A stretch of 63,442 nt of DNA, the filler included, from Craspedostauros australis (lineage: Eukaryota): NCBI GenBank assembly GCA_030167865.1. It is 10 parts of 10 records of this genome, joined end to end, with 100 filler letters (N's around TTAATTAATTAA, not from the genome) between each part and the next. Parts side by side here need not be neighbours in the genome. Positions count along the whole stretch, not along the records: positions 1 to 11,983 come from JALAGF010006013.1; 9 more parts are not named here. One strand, written 5' to 3'. Position 1 is the stretch's first letter; every line of letters starts with the position of its first letter. The notes beneath the pieces are model-generated. The model had not been told where the DNA came from, ran no database searches, and was given only the letters and a program-made list of their open reading frames with translations. A program made the position numbers and the translations under genes. This document shows positions 1-12,083 of the stretch, piece after piece.

Positions 1-1
1 T

Positions 2-1207
2 CGTCCGGTATACCTACACCTTCCACGCGGATTCCGATCAACCAACGGACCCGATACATGCCTCAAGCTGATCAAAAGCCTCTACGGGTTAACTATAGCT
101 CCCAAGCTATGGTACCAACACCTTGTACGTGCTCTCCTCGCGGAAGGATTCCACGCGTGTGATCAAGAACGGTGCCTGTTCATGCGCGATGGNNNNNNNN
201 NNNNNNNNNNNNNNNNNNNNNNNNNNNNNNNNNNNNNNNNNNNNNNNNNNNNNNNNNNNNNNNNNNNNNNNNNNNNNNNNNNNNNNNNNNNNNNNNNNNN
301 NNNNNNNNNNNNNNNNNNNNNNNNNNNNNNNNNNNNNNNNNNNNNNCCCAAGAACAACACCATCCACCTCAAACAAACCGGCCTCATCAACAAAATCATC
401 GACGCTACAGGCATGCAGAACTGCAAACCCAACGTGACACCTACAACACAACTTGCCCTTGGAGCATCAATAGACCAACCTCCGATGAAGGAGGCATGGA
501 ACTACCGCTCCGTCGTTGGCATGCTACTATACCTGACCACGAATACACGCCCCGACCTGGCTTTCGCCGTCTCTCAAGTGGCGCGATTCAGCAACGACCC
601 TCGCCAGCCACACGCAAAGGCAATCAAAATGATAGTGCGCTACCTTCGTCACACCAACACCATGGGAACCATCGTGCGCCCGACGGGTCAACTCAACCTG
701 GAGTGTTACGTTGATGCCGATTTCGCAGGCCTGTACAAGCGCGAGGCCGACGACTCCCCAAATGCAGTACGTTCCCGCACAGGGTATGTCATCATCCTCG
801 GCGGCTGCCCACTTGTGTGGAAATCGAAGCTGCAGACGGAAATCGCCTTATCCACAATGGAATCGGAGTACGCCGCGCTGTCTCTCGCTATGCGCGCCCT
901 CATCCCGATGCAACAACTTATCAACGAAGTGAAAGCATCAACCAGCCTCATCCAATCGCTGCAAACCAACATCCAATGCACCGTGTTTGAGGACAACGAG
1001 GCGTGTATCTCCCTGGCAACGAATCACAAGGTCACGGCACGAACCAAGCACTTCCTAACCAAGTGGCACTTCTTCTGGCACTGGGTCAAGGAGGGTTTCA
1101 TTCGGATCCTTCACGTGCCGACACCCAACCAAATTGCCGAAATCTTCACCAAGGGCCTCGCGCGGGACGCATTCGAGCATCTACGCCGTATGCTCATGGG
1201 GTGGTGA
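2..1207 (+). mobile_element. Ty1/Copia (CoDi-like) pol 3' part: reverse transcriptase + RNase H, 5'-truncated by window edge
   Basis: Frame from nt 2 reads LKLIKSLYGLTIAPKLW (RT), then YRSVVGMLLYL..TRPDLAFAV, CYVDADFAG, RSRTGY, LSTMESEY, FEDN (Copia RNase H), ending LMGW*. Confidence 0.95.
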
Positions 1208-1280
1208 GGGCATCACAAATTGTGAACTGTTGATCGAACGATGGAGGTTTTTACTCCAGGGACATGCTTCGCACTACGCC

Positions 1281-1725
1281 GAGAGGGAGAGTTGGGACAG
1301 ACTTGGTCCGGGATCCACTCGGGACTCAATCGTCCTCGTTGCGTACACGGTACCCAGTATCCGAACCCGATACTGCCATGAAAGGCTACCGCNCGCATGG
1401 TGTATAGTTGAACCACAATCCATGCTCTGCTCATCCTCCAGCTCATGCAACCGCGCCACCTGTTCAGCTAACCATCTTGCGAATCCTGCAGGCATCTTGA
1501 AGCATATCCACACCCGTGGATCAAGTACTGCTCTACAGATGGGGCTACTGAACAGCTGGGTATGTGCAGAACCATCACGACATGTTGCTGTACAACACAA
1601 ACGGCTCAAGCACGATAGCATGAATCCTGCCCTTTTACTCGATCGTCCTGTCAACAGTAAGCTTAACACATAAAACAAGCAATCAGAAACAATCTTACCA
1701 GTTTACCTTCAAGTCTACTACAGTT
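1281..1725 (+). repeat. Polypurine tract (GAGAGGGAGAG, 1281-1291) and 3' LTR starting TG at ~1293, cut by an N gap
   Basis: Purine run ~75 nt after the pol stop followed by TGGGACAG; the same sequence recurs at 1967-2414. Confidence 0.75.
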
Positions 1726-1775
1726 NNNNNNNNNNNNNNNNNNNNNNNNNNNNNNNNNNNNNNNNNNNNNNNNNN

Positions 1776-2417
1776 GGAGGGTTTCATTCGGATCCTTCAC
1801 GTGCCGACACCCAACCAAATTGCCGACATCTTCACTAAGGGCCTCGCGCGGGACGCATTCGAGCGTCTACGCCGTATGCTCATGGGGTGGTGAGGGCATC
1901 ACAAATTGTGAACTGTTGATCGAACGATGGAGGTTTTTACTCCAGGGACATGCTTCGCACTACGCCGAGAGGGAGAGTTGGGACAGACTTGGTCCGGGAT
2001 CCACTCGGGACNNNNNNNNNNNNNNNNNNNNNNNNNNNNNNNNNNNNNNNNNNNNNNNNNNNNNNNNNNNNNNNNNNNNNNNNNNNNNNNNNNNNNNNNN
2101 NNNNNNNNNNNNNNNNNNNNNNNNNNNNNNNNNNNNNNGCGCCACCTGTTCAGCTAACCATCTTGCAAATCCTGCAAGCATCTTGAAGCATATCCACACC
2201 CGTGGATCAAGTACTGCTCTACGGATGGGGCTACTGAACAGCTGGGTATGTGCAGAACCATCACGACATGTTGCTGTACAACACAAACGGCTCAAGCATG
2301 ATAGCATGAACCCTGCCCTTTTACTCAATCGTCCTGTCAACAGTAAGCTTAACACATAAAACAAGCAATCAGAAACAATCTTACCAGTTTACCTTCAAGT
2401 CTACTACAGTTACATCA
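1776..2417 (+). repeat. Second copy of pol end + PPT + 3' LTR (~1979 to 2414/2417, ending ...TTACA/TCA); probably allelic or assembly duplicate
   Basis: Near-identical to ~1089-1725 with a few SNPs, directly after an N gap. Confidence 0.8.
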
Positions 2418-2773
2418 TCGTCTGATACAGCTTTGTTCTCAACATCAAACGGCGTCAAAACCGGTTGAAGGACAAACCATCCTCCTGACAACGTGCAGAA
2501 GACACGGAATACTAACTGTCTGGTACGTTTGTCCATAAAGGACAACCCATGTCACACCCTTAAGTGGTGTGGGATGGCACGATCGCTCAAACCCAAATTC
2601 AGCGGACACGCGACATCGTCTTAAGTAGAGCACGATTCGCGGGGCGGGACCCTGTCGGACCCCATCCCACCGACATCGAGTCACGCTTCAATCCCGCTCA
2701 AACATTCTGAGCAGTCAGATATACGACTAACTAGACTAAATATTTTCACGACTAATAGGAATACTAGTTTGAG

Positions 2774-5089
2774 CTAATAACATGCGTTAGTTCTGGTACA
2801 TGACCCTGAGCTCCCCGTAATGATACCTCCATCAACAGAATCAGCGGTGCAAGCAAAACGACCGCTGCAGCATGAGCCATTGCACGCATTTGTCACTCCA
2901 GCCGCCCTCCCAGTGAAGAGCTTCTTGTCCTCGTTGGCGAACGCCAACAATGCGGTGGTCGCACTTTCTTCGTTCTTGATCTTATCAGAGCGTTCCTGCG
3001 CCACGTCCAACGCCACCGGCCGTGGAGGGTCTGCATCATTGCATCCAAAGATGCTCTTGATCATCTTGCTCTTCCCCTCATCAGTCAGAGCATCAACCAT
3101 GGAGACGAAGTCCGCGCATGTGACTATTGCACCATCGCACAATACATCACCAGTGATGAGATTGAACATTGATGTGTCGTCACCCGGTGTTGAGAGACAT
3201 GCAACAGTCAAGGATGCCAGGGGAGAGTTGGATATCTTGTTCTTGCAGGCTCTTGCGAAGGCTGTGAGGTTGGAGCTGTCGTCGGAGCCGATGTTGGGGC
3301 CGATGTGGGATTCGATGTGGGAGCTGACATCGGAGCCGATGTTGGAGCTGCTGTTGGAGCTGTTGGGGCTGATGTGGGAGCTGACGCGAGAGGTGTGGAG
3401 AAAGGGGTGGGGGAAAGGTCGGGCAGTCTGTGGGCAAAATGTTTTTTCCAATACAGCACTCCTCCACCTTGTCACCAGTAGGATTGTCCCCGGAGCTGCT
3501 GCCTCCCTTTGGGCAGGCTCCATCGACATCGCTCATGATGTAAACTTCATTGGATTTGCACTCCGTCTTCGTCATGTATCCTCTGCAGCTATCAACACTG
3601 CCACATCCACCAGGAGGGACGACGAGGTCGGTTCTCATCCTGTCACCGAAGCCCATCTTCTCGCATGACTCATCGGTGGCGCAACCACCAGTGCCAATGG
3701 TCAGGCTGCCTGCATACTTGCCAGCAGTACCATAGTTGACAGCGGGATTCGCATTCTTGCAGGCATTGCTGCCGACGCACGCATTCGCCCCGATGTCGAT
3801 GTGGCTGTGGAAGCGATATGATGGTGCTGATTGCTCCACACGACGGCCAGCGGAGTTGCATGCGTCGGATCCAATGCATGCGCCGGTCTGAATGGCGACA
3901 TCACCATGAGAGCGGCGTCCCACTCCCTCACAAGATTGAGGGGTGGTGCATGCCATCTCACCGACGAAGGTGACTCCTGTGATGGACAGGTTGATCTCGT
4001 TCTCATTCATCAACTCGCATGCACTCGCGCCAGTGCAGGAGGAATCGAGGATGAGGGGATTGGGTCCCATTTCTTTGCATGCTCTGTCGCTGGTGCAGGC
4101 AGTGGTGGCGATGGTCATGAATGGAGGGGAGTTGGAGGCGGAACCGGTGACTGAAGTGCATCCCGAGGGTCTTTGGCAGCAAGAATTGGTGGCAGGCGGC
4201 GACTGTGCCATTCCAATGATTATGCACGCCTCCTCCATTGCATCCGCTCGTTCGATGATGAGAATTGGGTTGGTGGCAACGATTAACGCCAATTGGCCTG
4301 CGAGAATGTCATCCGAGCGTACTTGATGAAGAGCTTGCGAGCGGCTCCTTTGCCGAGGTCTCCTGTGCATCCAAACAAGTTCTGTAGTTACTCTGATTCC
4401 TTGACGGCGGTGATAGCCTCGCGGCAGGATGGCTTGGTGGCATCGCAGATGATGGTGTTGGCACGGACTTCTTGTGGTGAGAGGGCGGTGATGCCAACTG
4501 GCTGGCAAACGACCTCGATGGTGGAATCGAAGACAGTTGGGGGAGCTGATGGTTTGGCAGTCGGTAGGAGAGTAGGCTGGGAGGTCAGCAGCGCGGTTGG
4601 CTGGGTGACAGGGCGCATTGAAGGCGTGCCAGACGGCGACGCAATTGGCGGAGGAGTCTCCTTGTTGGTAGGTGAAGAGGTTGGGATGAGAGCAACGGAG
4701 GTTGACGGCATGAGCGTCAGAGGGGCGGATTCATCCGCAACGCCGCAACCGTCGCTGTCGTCGTCGCTGTCGTTGGCGTTGGTGTTCTTGTTCATCTTCT
4801 TTGCCTTGGTTTCACCTTCGTCGAAGTTACCATCGTTGTTGAGAACGGAGGCCTTGCGCATGCGGTTGGCCCACAAGGCGACATGCATCTCGCCACATGC
4901 GTCCATGGTCTCGGCTGAGGTCCCATCTCTGGCCGCATCCGTGACTGCGTCCGCGGCCGTATCCGCGACCACATTCGCGTACTAATCCGCCTGATTATCC
5001 ACGTGCTTGTCTCCTCGGAGACCAGCTTCGGCCATTGCCGAGTTGGCGAAGATGGCAGCGCTGATGATGACTGCTTTGATGTACATCAT
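2774..5089 (-). pseudogene. Disrupted secreted protein with PT/PS-rich linkers and C-x5-C repeats (diatom cell-surface type)
   Basis: ATG at 5089 gives signal peptide MMYIKAVIISAAIFANSAMA then EAGLRG. In-frame TAG (4982-4984) and TAA (4388-4390), then frameshifts linking ORFs 3180-4508, 3208-3459 (PTSAPT repeats) and 2774-3529. Repeats include ACTSDRAC, SCTGASAC, ACIGSDAC, ACVGSNAC. Confidence 0.7.
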
Positions 5090-7513
5090 GGTTGCTCGAT
5101 GTTTCTTGGTTGTTGGTTGTTGGTTGTTGGTTGTTGGCTCCTAGATAGACGTCGATGGACGTCATCGGACGATGGTCGCTTGTCGACGGTCGATGGTCGA
5201 TGCTTTTGACGACTCGGTTGGATTTCTGAGATGAAGAGTCGTGTTGATGGCTGTGTGAAATGATCTCGCAAGATCACCTCGCTTCTGTGCTGGATGTCGT
5301 GTGCTTTGTGTTGTGATGATTGCGTTGCGTATTGATGTGGTGGTTTTGATGCTGTGTAGACTCGGGTGAGTGAAGAGTATGGTACTCCATGCGACGCTGT
5401 CGTGGCGTGAGGAAGGCCAAAGCAGCTTCACAACTACTTGTAGTACGACTGTACCACCATTGTTGTGCCAATGCAGCATGGAGTAGAGTGCGCGTAGAGG
5501 TCGAAGCCTGCTTGGAGATAGAAGGCGGCACATTCGTACCCGCTACCAACGCAGGCAACGGGCGCAGGGATGCGAACGTTCTCCTTTGTGTGGTTTCCAT
5601 AACTGTCCAACAAAACTCTTAGTCATCATTTGCGCACTGCAGCCAATCACAGCCACCCAACAATTTCTGAACGGATCCAGGCAAAACCAGACACGATTCG
5701 TCGCGGAATTGTGAATGGAAGAAATTGCATGTCGGATTGAATCGAGAAGTTGACGACCAAGTAGACTGGCAGGGTCCTCAGGTGTGATAGATAGTAGGGA
5801 TGGAGAGGACTTGGCGGAGGCGACAATAACGCCGGTCGCGTAGTCGTAGAAGCAATAGCTCGAGAGAGTGTAAAGCGCAGATGCGTGAGGAACATCAGTC
5901 GTTGTCTGTCCATCTATCAATCTACTCTATGTACGAGTATGTACCTATGCTGATCTATTGGATGTTGGTAATGACGATGTGGGCAAAGAAGAAGAGCAAT
6001 AGCAATAGCATCAACATGAATATGAACATCAACATCAACGCCGACTGTTACATGGAAAGTGCTTGAGCTGCGCGACTGTCATCAAGAGTAGAGTTGAGCA
6101 AACTCAGGCAAGCTATGTAGGAAGGTAGAGGTCGTGAATCTTAGATCGACCAAGCCGTCCGCATCTTGCTTTGCTATCAGCAGCTTGGTCTGAGTTGCAG
6201 TGCATTCGTGGCAAATCAGCGCCCAGATTGGGTCTGCTGCTGGAGTATATGGACTATCGATGGCTGACAGCAGGGTGTCAATACGGTACGGAGAGACCGT
6301 CGGTAGGACGAGGGCGGCAAGCACCGAGCGGGATAGATCTTAGGAACCAAGGGTCAAGCCCGGAGAAGGTTGGATGCAAACGAGCTGTCGAAGCCAGCCG
6401 AAGGCTGATAGCCACTAGCACGAAGCGATCGAAAGGCAGCAAGGGACAACAAAGCAACATCTCTGAATCAACTGCAGGAGACGAGCGGGATGCAAGCAGC
6501 GATGCCAACGATCGCCAACCTCAGATTCCAGTATTTCTGATGCGATGCTAGATGACAACTTCGGCTCGGTCCAAATCTCGTCGGTGATGTCGGCTGGTGA
6601 TCAGAAGCAAGAACGCAGTCAGATCCAAGCAATTGTGGCAGCCATTGACCCAATATGACACCGTGAACATGGCGGACGCGTGCTCGTGCGAATCAAGGAA
6701 AGAGAGGCTCAACAAGCAGCATGCTGCAACAGCCGCAGAGTGTGACGACGTGCAGTGATCAATGAGATGGCGTCATCTTCACACAGGTGTTTCGCTTAGG
6801 CGATCGGGCTTTTGCTCCTCCACAGCCACGGGGATCGACAGAGCTACATACGCAAGAACCCTATGCAATGAAGGCTCGTCACTCGCCATGCAGCATGGAA
6901 TCACAGATAACGGTAGGATCTTTGCATGGAGCTCAGAGTACCCTGGATGTTCATTGCCAACGTTGTGTGCGCTCAGAAACGAGAGTCGGCTCTCGCCTAA
7001 CGCTGTCTGGAATGTGCACTAACATCTTGATTTCTCTACGAGTAAGCCTATACTGCATCGTTCCTCGTCAATGCAGAATGCAGCGGTGTACTTGAGCAAC
7101 CGTACTCATTCAAGTTTCCCAAATGATATGCTTGCGTTCGAGTGCCTGTCTCCAACCTTGTGCGGCCTTGGTCGTTGTTTTGGATGCATTACACGTTGGT
7201 ATGGTCGTAATCGCGTGTAGAGTGATACTGTTTTCCCCATTCCGGATCGTCCAACGCTCTCGATTCCCCGTACTCCGCGCTTCTCTATTTCACAAGCGGA
7301 CACATACAGATCTTGTGACAGACAACAGCGCAGAGCACTCTACCCGTACGAGTAGAGCATTCCAAGCAGATTGTCAAAGCGTACTCAAGTTATATGACAG
7401 TGCATAGAAGTCTGTGTAGAATTCATACTATTATATGTGTATATGCAAAAGTACAGCCAAATGCCGTTCATTCCATTCATACAATTCATCCTTGGCCACG
7501 GTCTTCGTGCTCA

Positions 7514-8431
7514 TTACACGCTGTAGAGTTCAAAGTTCTTGATGTCCATAGCAAGCGCATTATCACTAACTTCGTGGAAGTTCATGGCGTCGCCAAAGCA
7601 CGCCCATGTCTTTGCCTTTTCGATGTCGCATTCTACGACATCAAGCTGCGATTTGGGAATGCGGTCCGTGCCATTGGTTGGTGACTGCGCCATGGTGTTG
7701 TTCTGAGAGCTGAAGACTTGTTGTGGAGCCGTTGACGGTTGCAACAGCTGCGCAGCTCTTCCTGCTGGCGAAATGGAAGTTTGCAAAGATTGTGCTCTTT
7801 CCGGCACGGTTTGTGTCAAATCACTTCCATCATCGGATACGTGGTTGTGATCCGAAACTATCCTGGCAAGGCTTGTCTGTGCGGAAGATCCTGGGATGAT
7901 GTCCCGGGCCTGGGAGAACGTGGGGGCTGATTGGGTCTTCGGTGGCGGAATGCTGCGAACAGCCTCGCTTTGGCTGTCCGCGCTCGCACCGGAAAACCCG
8001 CTGAATTGAATTGCAGACGAACGGATTTGGGCCAGCTGCGCTTCTGTGACGGCCTGCTGCATTGCCCGTCGGCGCTTGACGCGGAGCTGCGTGCTGGACT
8101 TGTACTTTGAAGACAGAGCGTCGCGGATCATGCAACCGACCTTGGTCCTGGCTGCGCTTTCGTTCATCTCGTACCACCGACCGTCGTGGAACTTGACGAA
8201 AGGCGCGGGGCCGATATTGGACGCCTTCACAATCTCGATGATGTTGGTGACGATGTCCGTCTTTTGCTGCTTGTTGGATGCGGACAAGTAGGCATTGCGG
8301 TACGTTTCGATGACGCAAGCCAGGCGCTTGTTGCCAGTGGCGGAGATGCACCGCTTGCCTTTGCCAATCAGGATTGTGTGCGGAAATGGAGTGTAGGTCG
8401 TTGGCAGAACTCTTGTAGTGTTGAGCATCAT
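7514..8431 (-). CDS. DUF6824-domain protein (diatom-expanded family) with low-complexity C-terminus
   Basis: ILIGKGK...TGNKRL..VI..Y...Y......K..IV..I...V.....FVK....WYE.....AR.KVG..IRD matches the DUF6824 pattern; intact 305-aa ORF. Confidence 0.85.
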   Translation of the reverse strand: MMLNTTRVLPTTYTPFPHTILIGKGKRCISATGNKRLACVIETYRNAYLSASNKQQKTDIVTNIIEIVKASNIGPAPFVKFHDGRWYEMNESAARTKVGCMIRDALSSKYKSSTQLRVKRRRAMQQAVTEAQLAQIRSSAIQFSGFSGASADSQSEAVRSIPPPKTQSAPTFSQARDIIPGSSAQTSLARIVSDHNHVSDDGSDLTQTVPERAQSLQTSISPAGRAAQLLQPSTAPQQVFSSQNNTMAQSPTNGTDRIPKSQLDVVECDIEKAKTWACFGDAMNFHEVSDNALAMDIKNFELYSV

Positions 8432-8803
8432 GATGGCTGTTCTAGTTGGTATTTGTTGTTTGCTGTTTGCTCTTGTGCGTTGCCGTTTGGTTGTCGTTGT
8501 TGGTTGCTGTTATTAGTGGCGGAATGGATGGGGTTGTTGGGTACTTGCTTCGTGAAGACTGAGCTTGAAGATTATGAGCGTTGGAATATTGTGGGTTGGT
8601 CGGGGCTGACATGAGACGGAAAACGATGAATGCGTCTCTGCTGTTGTCGTTTCTGCTGCTGGTGCTGGTGCAGATTGTACTGTCGGAGCGTATGAATTGT
8701 GTCTGCACTTGTCTGTGCTTGCGCTGTGGTTTCTGCTAGCTGATTGACTAGTTGCACAGGTTTGCTGCCCGAGCGTTGGAATTGCAAACATAGTGCCAGG
8801 CTC

Positions 8804-8875
8804 GTACGAACGCACGTACGAACGCACGTACGAGCACAAGTACGAGCACAAGTACGAGCACAAGTACAAACACGT
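8804..8875. repeat. 12-bp minisatellite (GTACGAACGCAC x2, GTACGAGCACAA x3, one degenerate copy)
   Basis: Read directly; ~370 bp upstream of the DUF6824 start. Confidence 0.9.
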
Positions 8876-10160
8876 GGATGTATTGGTATGATGTGGTTTC
8901 AGTACGCTTCGAGTATGGCCCCGAGACGCAATTAGTCGCCTCCCAGCCATTTCGCCCTGGCGCGAGTTTGGATACAGTGTGTGTACGGCTTTGCATACGA
9001 TACACTGAGTCTTCACACGGGGAACCAAGATATTGGTTTCGTCGCAGTTGCGGCTCGCGCAGCATCTGCCTGGGGTTCGGGTGGCACAGATGTGCAGATG
9101 AATCAATCTCCGTTGTTCCGAATGTCGATGCGAGCTCGCGGAGCCAGTGAAGGCACCACTTCAACGTTTGTTGCATCACACACTGTCGATGATAGATCGC
9201 AGATGGCCCGCATGATGCGACAAAGGAACCTCATACGACCAACGCGCTGCCTGCTTGCGTTTCTACACCAATAGAAAAGGCCACCTTTTCCTCCTATCTG
9301 CATGGCGGCTATTAACTACGAAAATGGCAGGCGAAGATATTTCCGTCGAACACAAGAAATGTCATTGTTATTTATGGAGTCTGCATTCGCTCACAACAAA
9401 TGTGTTCCGTGATTTGGTGGAAGAACCCGTCGAGATTTACTAATATCAACCAGGTATGGCTACTTTGGTCGTAGTACTCAGTGGAGCTTCAGTACGATTC
9501 CAAGAGGATCACTCACGCTCCTCTTGATTCGAGGTTTGGCTGGTGACAAATTCATGCAGGCTCGACATGTTTGGACAAAGCACAACCGTGATTCGCAAAA
9601 GCAGAATTAAGGATACTGTGGATGACGAACATAGGGTTCCGCTGCCTCCGAGGTATACTTGGAAGAGTCTGCCCGGTCGATGGAGCTTTGGAATCCCGGA
9701 CTGGCTGTTGGCTGCGGGAGTTGCATGGAGTTTTGGATGATCTGTGTCACACATAACGATAAAACCAGGGACGAATCACAATTGGGACATCATCGCTGTC
9801 GATGTGTCTTCCCCAAAGTGCCTCGCTCCGTGCAGAGGCGCAGAAAGCAAAACACGCTTCACACGCCATAGATCACACATCGCACATACTCCAAAGAGCA
9901 CAGTGCGCCATTTCCTTCTCCCTTTCCTCTCCAATCGACTTCAAGCAGAGCTGGTGGAGGCTGCACAGCCGTCGGAAGGAGTTGCTCATTTGACACGAGT
10001 GCTGTGCTTTCGACGCAGGCAGTATGGAACTGTGATACGAGTACGGGCAGAGCAGGTCACCGATGGCACGGATAACAGGACATCAATCAAGGTTGCTCAT
10101 GGGAGTTCTGCTCGAGATGTTCTGTCGCAAGCAGGTTTGAACATCACTGTGAGCTCTTGG

Positions 10161-10182
10161 TCTCTCTCTCTCTCTCTCTCTC
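10161..10182. repeat. (TC)11 microsatellite
   Basis: Read directly. Confidence 0.9.
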
Positions 10183-11033
10183 TTGCTGGAGAGAGGAGCG
10201 CATTGCACTTGTGTCCGCAATACAGCTCAAGCGGGTCCATTGGATGCAGCGCAAAAGTCATGTCCCTCATCTTGTTCCAGCATCATCTGCCAGATACTGC
10301 GCCGAGATGAGTGAGCCCGCCCAGCGGCGCTGAGAACCCACAGAATACATTGTTCGCAGTCAGCTATTGCATTGCCTAACGAGCAACATGTCTTCAACAG
10401 AGGTGGCAGAACCGCCAATATACCCTCTTGCTCTCTTGCTTTCTTTGGTTTATTGGTTTCATTGTTGGATCTCGCCACGCGGTATCGATGTCGAGCCTGT
10501 CGTCGCACAAGCCCACTCGAACGACTGATGTGTTGGCAGCGGCGTTCGTGCCACCCTGTTGTGATCCATTTGGGTGACGCTCTTGCTCACCTGGCTCCAG
10601 ACCTTCGTTGTTCCTTCACAACAACGATGACAAATAGAATACACACAGCTTGTAACGTGGCTGTCGTCCACCGCGCTCCCATTTGGAGCGGAATGACAAG
10701 TTGTGATTGACCATGTGTGATGCCATCTCATGATCTGACTGTTCATGCCCAGGGTGCCTCCGATTCCTCTCTGTCGAGCTATGCGACCTCAAGAAGCGAG
10801 TTTGCTTCAGCCACTCAGCTCCAGCAGGCCAGCCAACTATAACAATAGGGTGAATGTGGGCAAGTGCCATTGATTCAGCATATTCGTTCAAATTATAGAA
10901 TTAGACGAACGTGTTTTCTCATTCTATTGCGAGGCTACAAGCGTGCGTTTGTGTCTTGGGCAGCAGGATTACTGCATCGTGCGCCTCCGATAGAAGGTAT
11001 AGAGTACGCTGCTCAACTCACATTTGTCTCTGG

Positions 11034-11983
11034 CTATGACATCACCCATCGAGTAAATGTGACCAAGTACTCTGGGTAGGCCTGGGCGTCGTGATACGCC
11101 ACAAAGGTGGATGGATTGTCCACATTGTCGACCGTGGAATCAAAGAGTTCCGTCTGTTGGTTAGGTTTGGTGTCAGGGATCAGCTGGTTGCTTGTTCCTT
11201 GGTAAAAGTCTCCAATAGCTACGCGGCACATGAACATGCGTTGGACGCTGTCGTCATCAGGGACGAAGTATGTGTGATTGGTTGAGGTGGATAGATCGCT
11301 TGCAAAGTATTATACACCTTTGCCGCACCCTGTCCCGTTGCGCCCAGCAAATGATCGATTGAATCCCTGTCTCTCGATCTTGGCGGCGTTCTCCTTTGTC
11401 GTGCCATGAAAGAGCCATTTGCGCTCCACAGGCCGGCTGTGGTTGTTCACAACGGTTTCAGGATGCTCTTCGAAGGCAATCTCCATCGTTTGCTTTTTGG
11501 CTGCATAGGTCTGCCATAGCGCCAGGATTTGAATGCGCTCGGTCGAGGCGATGTTGATTCTTTGGCCTGAAGAGCTGCACGGAGCGTGTTGAATGAAGCT
11601 GACCACATCTTTCCATTCTTTGGAATGATGGCACAGTGGGAATCGTCCATCGTTGAAGCTCTGCTTGTCGTTGCTGAATCTCTCCCATGCAGGTGGTGTT
11701 TCCGATGAGACAGCCATTTCCTTCATGCCCTTGATGATATCGCCCATTATATCGACGGTGGGGGCGCTGACTGCTGTGATTGGAAACCAACCGGAGGTGA
11801 CGCAGTTTTTGCAATGCCTGCGACAGTGTTTCGATTGGCGTGCAAAAGGCAGATGAAGTTGGTAGAGCGTTGATTGTGCCTGTGCGCAATTTGAATGGGT
11901 CAGAGAGTATCTCACCGTACGCCCATTCGTTATTTGTGGGATGTTGCTTCGTTACTTCGATGATCTGGCCTGGCACGGGGGGG
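11034..11983 (-). pseudogene. PARP14/15-like (mono-ART type) catalytic domain preceded by an SH3-like segment; disrupted and 5'-truncated by scaffold end
   Basis: ERKWLFHGT, GFNRSFAGRN, GKGV*YFASD, MFMCRVAIG, FDSTVDNVDNPSTFVAYHDAQAYPEYLVTF in one frame with TAA at 11310-11312. Upstream GQIIEV..EWAYG..SGWFP is split by a frameshift. Confidence 0.85.
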
Positions 11984-12083
11984 NNNNNNNNNNNNNNNNN
12001 NNNNNNNNNNNNNNNNNNNNNNNNNNNTTAATTAATTAANNNNNNNNNNNNNNNNNNNNNNNNNNNNNNNNNNNNNNNNNNNN
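11984..12083. other. Artificial scaffold linker (44 N + TTAATTAATTAA + 44 N); the 12-mer recurs at 30250, 34423, 36499, 40460, 55170, 57939, 59558 and 61840
   Basis: Identical six-frame-stop 12-mer in N runs nine times; flanking sequences are unrelated across it. Confidence 0.97.

Noticed and set aside
1293..2417. Tiny two-LTR element (TRIM)
   Set aside because: The repeat includes the pol end and PPT and starts right after a gap, which fits haplotype duplication better.
5200..7400. Short ORFs here and at 9000-11000, 26300-27600, 57995-59513 and 62120-63240
   Set aside because: No recognisable motifs or consistent frames; left unannotated, though decayed genes or transposon ends cannot be excluded.
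4388..11312. Alternative genetic code (TAA/TAG as sense), suggested by in-frame stops in two genes
   Set aside because: panE ends at TAG and the PanK gene at TAA at plausible C-termini; the affected genes also have frameshifts; two TE stops fit TGG to TGA/TAG changes.
12028..12039. Recurrent TTAATTAATTAA as a biological motif or piggyBac target
   Set aside because: Always sits between N runs in a fixed 100-bp block; it is an artificial six-frame-stop linker, so adjacency across it is meaningless.
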